In this document: one piece after another, positions 29,653 to 40,428 of the stretch
How positions within the stretch are numbered: the stretch's first letter is position 1
Layout of the letters: the number at the start of each line of letters is the position of its first letter
Assembly (NCBI GenBank): GCA_002328745.1
Contig: DCVQ01000027.1
Coordinates: forward strand, 3,753-67,752
Direction: 5' to 3'
Source of the DNA: Actinobacteria bacterium UBA2184
GTDB taxonomy: Bacteria; Actinomycetota; Coriobacteriia; Anaerosomatales; Anaerosomataceae
Length of the DNA: 64,000 bases
Made by a program: the position numbers and the translations under genes
Notes under the pieces: generated by a model
Databases searched by the model: none
What the model saw: the letters and a program-made list of their open reading frames with translations, nothing else
What the model was told of the DNA's origin: nothing

Positions 29653-32183
29653 CTACTCGTAGCGAAGCGCCCTGATCACGTCGAGCCTGGCCGCCTGTCT
29701 CGCCGGGATGATCGCGGCGAGCACCGCGAACAGCAACCCGACGATCACGGTCACCACGAGGCCGGTCGTGGGCCAGACGAAGTCGAACTCGAGGCCGACC
29801 GCGCCGATCGACCTGACGATCACGTAACCGAGCGGCACGCCGGCCACCAGCCCGGCAGCGGTTCCGACCGCGGCGAGCAGGAACGACTCGGCGACCACGA
29901 GACGCTTCACCTGGCGCCGGGTCGCCCCCACGGCGCGGAGCATGCCGATCTCGCGCGTGCGGGCGAGCACGCCGATGGCCAGCGTGTTCAGAAGCGCGAG
30001 CAGCGACGGGATCGCGAGCACCACCGCGAGCGTGTAGTACACGATCTCCAGCTGGCCGAACAGGTCGTTCTGCACCTGTTGCCAGGCCAGCGCATCGTAG
30101 AGCTTGAAGGACGGGAATCCGTCGATCGTCGCGCCCAGCGACTGGAGCACGGCGGCCTTGTCGGCACCCTCGGTGGCGTTGGCGAGCACCATCACATCGG
30201 CGGTCACTCCCCAGAGGTCGGCGAGTGCCTCTTGCGACACGTACACCGTGGGGAGCTTTGCGTTGATGTAGTCGTTGCCCCCGCCCGCGATGGTGAAGGT
30301 CCTGGCGCCCTCTGGCGTCATGACCTCGACCGTGTCGCCCTTCGCGGTCTTGGTCTGCGCGCGGAAGGACGCGTTCGCGAGGACCATGTCGGGGTCGGCG
30401 AGCTTCGCGAGGTCGGCGTCGGAGCTGCCCTCGCTGTAGCGGAAGCTCGCCACCTTCGCGTACTCCTCGGCATCGATGCCAACCACCTGCACGGTGAGGT
30501 CGCCGACCACAGCTGGCGCGTATCGCAGCGTGGCGACATCGCCCACGCCCTCGGTGGACCGCACGGCCTCGGCCATCTCGGGCCCGGCGCCGACCATGCC
30601 GCCGCTCAGCATGAGGCCCTGGGGGATGACGAGGTAGTCGGTGCCGGTGGCCTTCTCGGCATACTCGGCGTATCCGCCCACCACCGCGGCGGTCATCGTC
30701 ATGATGCCGGTGACGAGTGCGAGGCTGATCATGACGGCCGAGACCGTCACTCCCGCACGGCCCGGGTTGCGCTGCAGGTTCGCGCGGGCGAGCGCTCCCT
30801 CGCGACGGTACACGAGCTCGATCCCCCGTGAGAAGAAGTCGGTGATCGGCTTGACGGCGGCAGACGCGCCGAGCGACATGCCGACGAGCAACAGCAGCCC
30901 GCCCAGGCCGATGAGCCCGTCGTTGCCGGAAAGCAGCATCCCCGCGGCGATCGCCACGAGGGCCAGGCCCACCCAACCGCGCTTCGTCGCGGCCTTCTCG
31001 TACACGTCTCCCAGCTGCGGCCGCATCGCATCGAGCGGCGTGATGCGCGAGGCGGCGATCGCCGGCAGTATCGCCGAGAGCACCGTAGCGCCCATGCCGA
31101 GCGTGATCGCGAGCACCCAGGTGCTCACGCTGAACGAGGTCTCGAACGACTCGATGCGCATCAGGTCGCCGACGAGCTCGCTCATGCCCGCGGCGGTCAC
31201 CGTGGCGAAGCCCCAGCCGGCCAGCAGTCCGAGGCCGGTGCCGAGCACGCCCTGCACCAGGCTCTCGGTGAGGAACAGGCCGAGGATCTGGCGACGCGAT
31301 GCGCCGATGGCCCGCAGCATGCCGATGTCGTGCCGCCGCTCAGCGACGATGGTGCGGAACGTGTTCAGGATGATGAACCCGCCCATGGCGAGCGCGAAGA
31401 GGCCGAGCACGTTGAAGATGGTCCCCGCCACCTCGAAGCCGGCGGCGAGCGTGGAGTCCGCCGTCACGCTGCCGATGACGTAGCCGTCGCCGACCGCGTC
31501 GCCGACCGCCTCCTGCACCGTCTCCTCGTCGGCGCCGCCCTCGAACGCCGCCTCGATCGCCGAAGCGCGCCCGGGTGCGGCGAACATGTCCTGGGCGAGC
31601 GGGAGGCTCACGTAGACTTCGTCGGTTGCGGGCGGGACCGGCGAGTCGAGCGTGCCGACGACCTCGAACGTCATGGCGCCGGAGGCCGCCGGGACCACCA
31701 GCTCATCGCCGACGGCGAGCCCCATCTTCTCGGCGGTCGAGGCGGGGATGACCGCCACCGGGCGTGCGTTCGTGTCGTCGTCGGATGCGGCGAGCATCCT
31801 GCCCTCCGCCACGGGGTAGCTTCGGACGTCAGGCGAGACCACCGGGTCGATGCCGATCACCGTGATCCCGGTGGTGTGGTAGTCGGGCTTCTCGGGCAGC
31901 GTCACGTTGCGGCGCAGGACCGGTGTGGCGGCCGCCACACCGTCCACGGCGGCGACCTTGTCGGCGACACGCTGGTCGAACAGCGCGGAGGACGCGCTCT
32001 GCACGTTCAGGTCGACTTCACCCACCGATGCCAGCATCGACTTGCGCATCCACTCCATCATGCCCGGCAGCGTGCCGTTGAAGCCGAAGATGAGCATCAC
32101 GCCGAGCACGATAGCGAGTGTCGTGAGCGCCGTCCGGAGCTTGCGGCCCGCCATGTAGCGGCGAGCGAGCGTGAACGAGATGC

Positions 32184-32187
<4 letters not shown>
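29653..32187 (-). CDS. ABC transporter permease, FtsX/MacB-type (duplicated)
   Basis: 844 aa from GTG 32187 (GTGA overlap with the ATPase stop). VSISFTLARRYMAGRKLRTALTTLAIVLGVM, two FtsX 4-TM blocks. The track ORF 29653..33237 fuses three genes. Confidence 0.85.
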
Positions 32188-32902
<715 letters not shown>

Positions 32903-32915
<13 letters not shown>

Positions 32916-33544
32916 GTCGGGGTTCCCTTTCGGTTCTCTTCGGGTTGACGTGTTTGTGCGCCGCCTCGCTCCGGGGCGGTCCGTGGAGGACGTCCGCGCC
33001 GCGGTGGCGGGATGTCGGTGGCGGGCAGTCGGCGCATCTCGTGCAGCCGGGCCTCGACCATCTCCAGCCAGCGCAGGTCGGCCTCGATGTGCATGATCGC
33101 CTTGTCGAGCAGCAGCGCCTGGGCGAGCACCTGGACATCGTTGCGGCGGGTGGTGAGTTCGTGCAGGTCGCGGTAGAGGGTCGCGCGCTGCACCCGGACG
33201 ATCGACCCGGCATCTGCGCGCTCGTCGGCGAGCGCAAGCGCGATCTTGAGGAAGACCTCGTCGCGCTGGTGGGTGCTGTGCACGCCCTCGGCGTACCAGC
33301 GGTCCAGTTCGTCGCGGCCCGTGCCGGTGAGTTCGAAGATGTGCTGGTCGGGTCCGCCCATCCGGCGGATGGCGGTCTTCACGACCATGCCAGCCTCCTC
33401 GAGGCGGCCGAGGGTGGTGTAGATCTGCGCCGGGTTAAGCGGCCAGAGGCTGCCGCCGACGATGGCCTGGAACGCGCCGTGCAGCTCGTAGCCATGGCGC
33501 GGCTGCTGTGCGAGCAATCCGAGTATCGCGTGACGTACGGACAC
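32903..33544 (-). CDS. PadR family transcriptional regulator
   Basis: 213 aa. ILGLLAQQPRHGYEL...IYTTLGRLEEAGMV winged helix. GTG start with AGGAGG SD. The 3' end overlaps the ATPase start by 13 nt. Confidence 0.85.
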
Positions 33545-33710
33545 CGTCCGGCCTCCTGTCGTGGTCTACCGACCGAGCATAGCGAAAACTAGAACACAAG
33601 TGAATAGATTTCTGATCGGGCGGCATCTGAGCGACCGTGCGCGACGCGTCGCGCGACGAAGGCGGCCCCCGGACGCCGCCAACGGGGGACCGACCTGCTA
33701 TCCTCGGCGC

Positions 33711-34280
33711 GTGACCCGCGATCGCTTCATCGTGTGCGACGGCGAGCGCATCCCCGTGGAGGTGGTGCGTTCGGATCGACGCACGCTCGCGCTTGTCGTG
33801 GCGCGCGACGGGCGAGTGACCGTGCGGGCTCCGCGCCGCGTTCCGGAGGCCGCGATCGAGGGGCTTCTCGAGGGGCGAGAGGCGTGGGTCGCCGGGAAGC
33901 GGGCGGAGGCGATCGCGCGCTCCGAGGCGCACGCGCGTCTGGCCCTCGGCCCCGCCGAGCTCGCCGCGGCGAGGCGCCTGTTCGCCGAACGTCTCGATGC
34001 TTGCTGGCCGGTCTTCGCGCGGCCCGGCGAGACCAAACCGCAGCTTCGCGTGCGCGTGATGCGCACGCGGTGGGGCAGCCTATCGCCGTCGGGCCGCATC
34101 TGCCTCAACGCCACGCTGCTCCACGCGCCGCGCGCCTGCCTCGACTACGTCATCTTCCACGAGCTCGCGCATCTGCGCGCGCGCGGGCACGGGCCGCGAT
34201 TCTACGCCGAGCTTGCACGGTACGTGCCCGACTGGCGCGAGCGTCGGCGCGAGCTCCACGCATTCCCCGCAGGCGACTGA
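33711..34280 (+). CDS. YgjP-like (DUF45) HExxH metallopeptidase-fold protein
   Basis: RTRWGSLSPSGRICLNATLLHAP...DYVIFHELAHL. GTG 33711 sits 6 nt after a TATCCT -10-like box, so the start may be leaderless. The track start 33561 has no SD and sits in a low-GC spacer. Confidence 0.7.
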   Translation: MTRDRFIVCDGERIPVEVVRSDRRTLALVVARDGRVTVRAPRRVPEAAIEGLLEGREAWVAGKRAEAIARSEAHARLALGPAELAAARRLFAERLDACWPVFARPGETKPQLRVRVMRTRWGSLSPSGRICLNATLLHAPRACLDYVIFHELAHLRARGHGPRFYAELARYVPDWRERRRELHAFPAGD

Positions 34281-34293
34281 GCCCCGCCGGCGC

Positions 34294-36357
34294 CTACACC
34301 GCCTCGTCGAGCGCCTCGGAGAACTGGCTGTTGTAGAGGTCGGCGTAGAAGCCGCCCCGCGCCATGAGCTCCGCGTGCGTGCCCTGCTCGATGATCGCGC
34401 CTTCGTTCATCACGAGGATGAGACCGGCGTCCCGGATGGTCGACAGCCGGTGAGCGATCACGAAGCTCGTGCGCCCCTGCATCAGGCGGGCCATCGCCGC
34501 CTGGATGAGCGCCTCGGTGCGTGTGTCGACCGAGCTCGTCGCCTCATCGAGGATGAGGATCGGCGGGTCGGCCACGAACGCGCGCGCGATCGTCAGCAGC
34601 TGTCGCTGTCCCTGCGAGATGTTGGAGCTGTCGTCGTTGAGCTCGGTCTCGTACGCCTCGGGGAGCGTGCGCACGAAGTGGTCCACGTGCGCCGCGCGCG
34701 CCGCCTCCATGATCTCGTCATCGCCGGCGTCCTCCCGGCCGTACGCGAGGTTCTCGCGGATCGTGCCCTTGAACAGCCACGTGTCCTGCAGCACCATGCC
34801 GAAGGTGCGGCGCAGCTCGTCGCGGGTCATGTCGCGCGTGTCGACGCCGTCGATCAGGATCGCGCCGCCGTCGAGCTCGTAGAACCGCATGAGCAGGTTC
34901 ACGAGCGTGGTCTTGCCCGCGCCGGTGGGGCCGACGATCGCGACGGTCTGCCCCGGCCGGGCCTCGAGATCGAGACCCGCGATGAGCGGCCGATCGGGCG
35001 AGTAGCTGAAGGTGACGTCGCGGAACTCGACGTGGCCCTCGGCGGCGGGAAGGTGCACGGGAGCGGTGGTCTCGGGCACCTCCTCCCCGGCGTCGAGCAG
35101 CTCGAAGACGCGCTCGGCCGAGGCAGCCGCCGACTGCAGGATGTTCGCGGCCGAGGCGGTCTGCACGATCGGCTGCGTGAACTGCCGCGAGTACTGGATG
35201 AACGCCTGGACGTCGCCGAGCGTGAGCGTGCCGCTCGCGACCTTCAGGCCGCCGATGACCGCGACGCCGACGTAGTTGAGGTTGTTGAGGAAGCCGAGCG
35301 ACGGCTGGATGGTGCCCGAGATGAACTGCGCGCGGAACGACGCGTCGTAGAGCCCCTCGTTCTGGGCGTCGAACACCTCGACGGCCTCGTCCTGCCGGCC
35401 GAAGACCTTGACCACGCTGTGGCCCGTGAACATCTCCTCGACATGGCCGTTGAGCGTGCCTGTCCGCTCCCACTGCGCCGCGAACTGCTTCTGCGAACGC
35501 TTCGCGATGAACATCGTCACCACGACCGAGAGCGGTATCACCAGCAGCGAGATGCCCGCGAGCAGCGGGCTGATCCAGAACATCATGCCGAGCACGCCGA
35601 TGATGGTGAGCACCGCCGTGATCACCTGCGTGGCCGACTGCTGGAGGGTCTGCGCGATGTTGTCGATGTCGTTGGTGACGCGCGACAGGGTATCGCCACG
35701 GGCGTTGTCGTCGAAGTACTTGAGGGGCAGCCGGGCGAGCTTCTCGTCCACCTGCTTGCGCAGGCCGTAGATGGTCTTCTGCGTGATACCCGCCATGATG
35801 TAGCCCTGCGCCCAGCCGAAGACCGCTGCGAGGACGTACACGCCGGCGAGGAGCAGCAGCCACCGCGCGATCTCGTCGAAGTCGACGCCCTCGCCGACGG
35901 TGACATCCATGCCCGAGAGCATGTCGGCGAACTGCTCGGCTTTCGCCGCCTCGCCTTCGGCACCCTCGGCCCGCTGCTGTTCGGCGGCGCCCCGCAGCAT
36001 CTCGATCGCCTGCTCCTGCGTGGTGCCGGGCGGGAACTGCTCGCCCATCTGCTGGCCGATGACGCCCTCGAACAGGAGGTTGGTGGCCGTGCCGAGGATG
36101 CGCGGGCCGGCGACGCTCGCCGCGACGCTCGCCACGGTGAGGACGATCACAAGCGCGAGCATGGCCGTGTGCGGCTTGAGGTAGCCGCCGAGGCGCTTGA
36201 GCGATCCCTTGAAGTCCTTGCTCTTGGCGCCGCCGCTCATCAGTCCGTGGCCGCCGGGACCCAGCATCGGGCCGCCGCCACCCGGACCGCGGCCGGGACC
36301 GCCGGGAGGGCCGAAGCCGCGGCCGGGACCGGTGGAGGTGGTGGTCTTCTCGCTCAT
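34294..36357 (-). CDS. ABC exporter, fused TMD-NBD subunit B (MdlB-like)
   Basis: 687 aa from ATG 36357 (ATGA overlap). Gly/Pro-rich N-terminus and 6 TM segments. GPTGAGKTT, ISQGQRQLLTIARA, ILILDEATS. Confidence 0.88.
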   Translation of the reverse strand: MSEKTTTSTGPGRGFGPPGGPGRGPGGGGPMLGPGGHGLMSGGAKSKDFKGSLKRLGGYLKPHTAMLALVIVLTVASVAASVAGPRILGTATNLLFEGVIGQQMGEQFPPGTTQEQAIEMLRGAAEQQRAEGAEGEAAKAEQFADMLSGMDVTVGEGVDFDEIARWLLLLAGVYVLAAVFGWAQGYIMAGITQKTIYGLRKQVDEKLARLPLKYFDDNARGDTLSRVTNDIDNIAQTLQQSATQVITAVLTIIGVLGMMFWISPLLAGISLLVIPLSVVVTMFIAKRSQKQFAAQWERTGTLNGHVEEMFTGHSVVKVFGRQDEAVEVFDAQNEGLYDASFRAQFISGTIQPSLGFLNNLNYVGVAVIGGLKVASGTLTLGDVQAFIQYSRQFTQPIVQTASAANILQSAAASAERVFELLDAGEEVPETTAPVHLPAAEGHVEFRDVTFSYSPDRPLIAGLDLEARPGQTVAIVGPTGAGKTTLVNLLMRFYELDGGAILIDGVDTRDMTRDELRRTFGMVLQDTWLFKGTIRENLAYGREDAGDDEIMEAARAAHVDHFVRTLPEAYETELNDDSSNISQGQRQLLTIARAFVADPPILILDEATSSVDTRTEALIQAAMARLMQGRTSFVIAHRLSTIRDAGLILVMNEGAIIEQGTHAELMARGGFYADLYNSQFSEALDEAV

Positions 36358-38081
36358 GCGACCTCCTCCTCGGTCAGCTGGCTTCTGACGATCTCCCGGT
36401 AGGTCTCGCACGTCCGCATGAGCTCCTCGTGCGTGCCAGAGCCCACGATCGTGCCCTCGTCGAGGACGATGATGGTGTCCGCGCGCATGATCGTGCTCAC
36501 GCGCTGCGCCACGATGATCACCGTGGCGTTGTCGGTGTCCCGCGCGAGAGCCGCACGCAGCGCAGCGTCGGTCTTGAAGTCGAGGGCGGAGAAGCTGTCG
36601 TCGAACACGTAGATCTCCGGACGCTTCACGAGCGCGCGAGCGATGGCGAGCCGCTGGCGCTGACCGCCGGAGACGTTCGCGCCTCCCTGGGCGATGGGCG
36701 CCTCGAGCTGGCCCTCCATGGCCGACACGAACGACTTCCCTTGTGCGATCTCGAGGGCGCGCCACACCTCCTCGTCGGTCGCGCCCGCGCGGCCGTAGCG
36801 GAGGTTGCTCCCCACCGTGCCGCTGAACAGGAACGCTTTCTGCGGGATGAAGCCGATGCGGCTCCAGAGCTCGTCCTGCGTCATATCGCGGACATCCACG
36901 CCGTCGACCAGCAGCGAGCCGCCCGTCACGTCGTAGAAGCGCGGGATGAGGTTGATGAGCGTCGACTTGCCGCTGCCTGTGCTGCCGACGACGGCCGTGG
37001 TCTCTCCGGGCCGGGCGACGAAGGAGACCCCGCACAGCACGGGCTCCTGGGCGCCGGGGTAGCGGAACTCGACGTCACGGAATTCCACCACGCCCCGTGT
37101 CTGCGACGGCGTGATGGGCTCGGACGGGTCGGCGATCTTGGGCTCGATGTCGAGCACCTCGTTGATGCGGTTGGCCGAGGCGGCCGCTCGCGGCACCATC
37201 ACGAACATGAGCGTCGCCATCATCACCGACATGAGGATCTGCATGATGTAGGTGAGGAAGGCGGTGAGGTTGCCTATGGGCATCGCGCCGCTCTCGATGC
37301 GCAGACCGCCGAACCACATCGTCGCGACCAGCGTGAGGTTGAAGATGGCCATGACGGTGGGCATCATGACCGCGAACAGGCGGCCGACGCCGAGCATCGT
37401 CTCCGAGAGCTCCCGGTTGGCAACGTCGAAGCGCCGCTCCTCGTAGTCGCTGCGCACGAACGCGCGGATGACGCGGATGCCGGCGAGTTTCTCGCGCATG
37501 ACCTGGTTCACCCGGTCGATGCGCTTCTGCATGCTCGTGAACAGCGGCATGGCGCGGCGCATGAGCAGCCCGATGATCACCGCGAGCAGCGGGATGACCA
37601 CGGCTATGAGCGTCGAGAGCGGCAGGTCCTGGCGGAGGGCCATGATGATGCCGCCGACGGCCATGAACGGCGCCAGCACCATGATGTTGAGGCCCATCAC
37701 GACCACCATCTGCACCTGCTGCACGTCGTTGGTGGTGCGGGTGATCAGCGATGGCGCACCGAAGGTGTTGAGTTCGGCGAGCGAGAAGCGCTGCACGCGG
37801 TGGAAGATGGCGTGCCGCACGTCGCGCCCGAACGCCATGGCGGTCTTCGATCCCCAGTACACCGAGACGATGGAGACGACACCGAGGCCGAGCGCCACGC
37901 CGAGCATCAGCAGCCCGGAGCGCACGATGTAGTCCGTATCGCCTTTGGCCACGCCTTCGTTGATGATGTCGGCGTTCAGGTCCGGCAGGTAGAGGTTGCC
38001 GATCGCCTGGGCGAGCATGAGCACCATCACGAGCGCCAGCTGTTTCTTGTACGGCGCGAGGTAGCGCAGGATCTTCATCAT
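36354..38081 (-). CDS. ABC exporter, fused TMD-NBD subunit A (MdlA-like)
   Basis: 575 aa from ATG 38081 (ATGA overlap with the marR stop). GSTGSGKST, VSGGQRQRLAIARA, IYVFDDSFS. Confidence 0.88.
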   Translation of the reverse strand: MMKILRYLAPYKKQLALVMVLMLAQAIGNLYLPDLNADIINEGVAKGDTDYIVRSGLLMLGVALGLGVVSIVSVYWGSKTAMAFGRDVRHAIFHRVQRFSLAELNTFGAPSLITRTTNDVQQVQMVVVMGLNIMVLAPFMAVGGIIMALRQDLPLSTLIAVVIPLLAVIIGLLMRRAMPLFTSMQKRIDRVNQVMREKLAGIRVIRAFVRSDYEERRFDVANRELSETMLGVGRLFAVMMPTVMAIFNLTLVATMWFGGLRIESGAMPIGNLTAFLTYIMQILMSVMMATLMFVMVPRAAASANRINEVLDIEPKIADPSEPITPSQTRGVVEFRDVEFRYPGAQEPVLCGVSFVARPGETTAVVGSTGSGKSTLINLIPRFYDVTGGSLLVDGVDVRDMTQDELWSRIGFIPQKAFLFSGTVGSNLRYGRAGATDEEVWRALEIAQGKSFVSAMEGQLEAPIAQGGANVSGGQRQRLAIARALVKRPEIYVFDDSFSALDFKTDAALRAALARDTDNATVIIVAQRVSTIMRADTIIVLDEGTIVGSGTHEELMRTCETYREIVRSQLTEEEVA

Positions 38082-38593
38082 CGGGCGTCCTCCGTCCCGC
38101 GCAGCGTCTCGGCCGCCCGCTCGTTCAGCGCTTCGAGGAGCCGAAGCAGCTCCCTGCGGTCGCTCTCCGGCATGCCGCCGATGGTGGCCGAGATGACGTC
38201 CGCGTGCACCGCGCGCATGCGCCGGGCAAGGTCGTGGCCCTTGGGCGTGAGGTAGAGCCTCGTCACGCGCTGGTCGTGCTCGTCGCTGCGGCGCTCGACC
38301 GTGCCGGCCGCCTCCATCTTCTGGAGCATGGAGGTGACGGTGGGCTTGGACACGTGCAGCATCCCGGCAAGGTCGCTCTGGCTCAGCCCGTCGGTGTGAG
38401 AGAGCACGAGCAGGCACCCCGCCTGCGCGGGATGCGTGTCCTCGGTGGTGAGCCTCGCCATCATCAGGTGGCGATTGAGGATCATCGAGCGCTTGAACGC
38501 ACGAAAGACATCGACCGAGAGGGGGTCGACGCCTTCGAGGACGGGCTCGAAGGGATCGTGGTGCGGGTGCGTGCCCGACGGATGATGCATCAT
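38078..38593 (-). CDS. MarR family transcriptional regulator
   Basis: 171 aa. LSQSDLAGMLHVSKPTVTSMLQKMEAAGTVERRSDEHDQRV winged HTH. First gene of the marR-ABC-ABC operon. Confidence 0.88.
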   Translation of the reverse strand: MMHHPSGTHPHHDPFEPVLEGVDPLSVDVFRAFKRSMILNRHLMMARLTTEDTHPAQAGCLLVLSHTDGLSQSDLAGMLHVSKPTVTSMLQKMEAAGTVERRSDEHDQRVTRLYLTPKGHDLARRMRAVHADVISATIGGMPESDRRELLRLLEALNERAAETLRGTEDAR

Positions 38594-38634
38594 GCGGTCT
38601 CCCGGGTCCCGAGGTGTATACGCGCGCTTTCGAA

Positions 38635-38665
38635 GATTAGCTGGCTAACGGTTAGGTAGCTAATC
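38635..38665. promoter_or_regulatory. 31-nt near-perfect palindrome, candidate MarR operator
   Basis: GATTAGCTggCTAACgGTTAGgtAGCTAATC, read directly. It lies 42-72 nt upstream of the marR start, in the divergent spacer shared with the yqeY-like gene. Confidence 0.55.
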
Positions 38666-38757
38666 TAACGGGTCCGACGAACGCGCGCAAGCCCTTTCGG
38701 CAACGGCTGCGCTACACTCGGACGTGCTGTCCGGTGTCGTCACGGGAGGCGGTCGCC

Positions 38758-39201
38758 ATGAACAAGGAGTTCATCGTGTCGGAGATCACCGCGGCCATGC
38801 GCGCGCATGACAAGCCGCGGCTCTCGATCCTGCGCCAGGTGAAGAACGAGATCGACATCAAGGAGAAGGACGCGAAGCGCGACGTCACCGACGAGGAGGT
38901 CGTCGCGGCGCTGAAGAAGGTGCTGAAGCAGACGGGCGAGACGCTCGAGGGCTCGATCGCGGTCGGCACGAGCGCGGAGCGCACGGCGCTTCTGACCGAA
39001 CAGGTGGCGATGCTCGAGGGCTACCTGCCCGCGCAGGTCGCGGGAGAGGCGCTCGCCGCCGTTGTGGATCGCGTCGTCTCCGCCGGGGGGTTCTCCTCGA
39101 AGCGCGACATGGGTGCGGTCATCGCGCAGGTCACGGCCGAGTGCGGCGGCAACTGCGACAAGGCCGAGGTGGCGCGCCTGGCCGGCGCCCGCCTCGCGTG
39201 A
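38758..39201 (+). CDS. GatB/YqeY domain protein
   Basis: 147 aa. ITAAMRAHDKPRLSILRQVKNEI...MLEGYLP...KRDMGAVIAQV. GGGAGG SD. Confidence 0.8.
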   Translation: MNKEFIVSEITAAMRAHDKPRLSILRQVKNEIDIKEKDAKRDVTDEEVVAALKKVLKQTGETLEGSIAVGTSAERTALLTEQVAMLEGYLPAQVAGEALAAVVDRVVSAGGFSSKRDMGAVIAQVTAECGGNCDKAEVARLAGARLA

Positions 39202-39212
39202 GAGGCGGCGAC

Positions 39213-39590
39213 GTGGATCTGAGGCCACACCACATCGGCATCATCTGCGGGGATCTCGAACGCTCGAAGGCGTTCTACGCCGCCCTCGGCTTCGAGCCCG
39301 TAAGCGAGATGCGGCTTCCGGACAAGACGCTGGTCTTCATGCGTCTCGGCGAGCTGCAGGTGGAGCTCTTCGGCTACCACGCGCCGGTCGCGGAAGCCCC
39401 GGCCGTGGAGAGGGCGCGCGGCTTCAAGCATCTCGCCCTCGAGTGCGAGGACATCGATGCCGCCTATCGCGACCTGCGGGAGGCGGGCGTCATAGGGCCG
39501 GAGATCGAGATGACGATCACGCCGTCGGGCTGGCGCCTGCTGTTCTTCCCCGATCCGGACGGCATGGAGATCGAGATCAAGGAACGCTAG
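39213..39590 (+). CDS. VOC (glyoxalase/bleomycin-resistance) family protein
   Basis: 125 aa. HHIGIICGDLERSKAFY...FKHLALECEDIDAAY...FFPDPDGMEIEI. GTG start. Confidence 0.8.
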   Translation: MDLRPHHIGIICGDLERSKAFYAALGFEPVSEMRLPDKTLVFMRLGELQVELFGYHAPVAEAPAVERARGFKHLALECEDIDAAYRDLREAGVIGPEIEMTITPSGWRLLFFPDPDGMEIEIKER

Positions 39591-39627
39591 GCTGGCCCCC
39601 CGGGCCGGCGAGACGACGGGAGTCGCC

Positions 39628-40419
39628 GTGATGGACATCTCGCAACCCGGCCCGCTTCGCAACGCGACGCTCGATCTTATCGCGCGCCGGCGCTCGACCC
39701 GGACCTACGATGACGCGCCGATCACGCCGGAGGAGAAGCAGGCCGTCCTGCACGCCGCGCTGCGGGCGCCCACGGGCGGCAACATGGTCCTGTACTCGAT
39801 CATCGAGATCGAGGACCCCGCGCTGAAGGAGCGCCTCTCGCACACGTGCGACGAGCAGCCATTCATCGCTCGCGCGCCCTGGGTGCTCGTCTTCGTCGCC
39901 GACTGGCAGAAGTGGACCGACCTGTTCGAGGCGTGCGACGCCCACGACATGCCGGACGTCGCGCACCGGCGCCAGGCCGGCACGGGCGACCTGTTGCTCG
40001 CATGCTGCGACGCGCTGATCGCCGCCCAAACGGCGGTGATAGCGGCCGAGTCGCTCGGCATCGGCTCCTGCTACATCGGCGACGTGCTCGAGAACGGCGA
40101 GACGCACGCCGAGCTGCTCGGGCTGCCTCCTCACACGCTTCCGATCGCGATGCTGTGCTTCGGACGGCCGCGGAAGGCGCAGGAGCCTATCGGGCGCTAC
40201 GGCACGCGCGTGCTGCACACCGACCGGTACGCGCGCATGACGGCGGCCGAGCTGTCGGATGCCGCCGGGGACCTCGCGCTCCTGCATGCGCCGAACGGGC
40301 TGCCCGAGGGCGTGGACAACTACCCGCAGGCCGTCTACCGGCGCAAGTTCGCTTCGGACTTCATGCATGAGATGAACCGGTCGGCGGACTGGTGGATCGA
40401 CCGGTGGCGGCGCGGGTAG
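39628..40419 (+). CDS. nitroreductase family protein
   Basis: 263 aa. RRSTRTYDDAPITPEEKQAVLHAALRAPTGGN, SLGIGSCYIG. Confidence 0.82.
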   Translation: MMDISQPGPLRNATLDLIARRRSTRTYDDAPITPEEKQAVLHAALRAPTGGNMVLYSIIEIEDPALKERLSHTCDEQPFIARAPWVLVFVADWQKWTDLFEACDAHDMPDVAHRRQAGTGDLLLACCDALIAAQTAVIAAESLGIGSCYIGDVLENGETHAELLGLPPHTLPIAMLCFGRPRKAQEPIGRYGTRVLHTDRYARMTAAELSDAAGDLALLHAPNGLPEGVDNYPQAVYRRKFASDFMHEMNRSADWWIDRWRRG

Positions 40420-40428
40420 CGGATCCGT

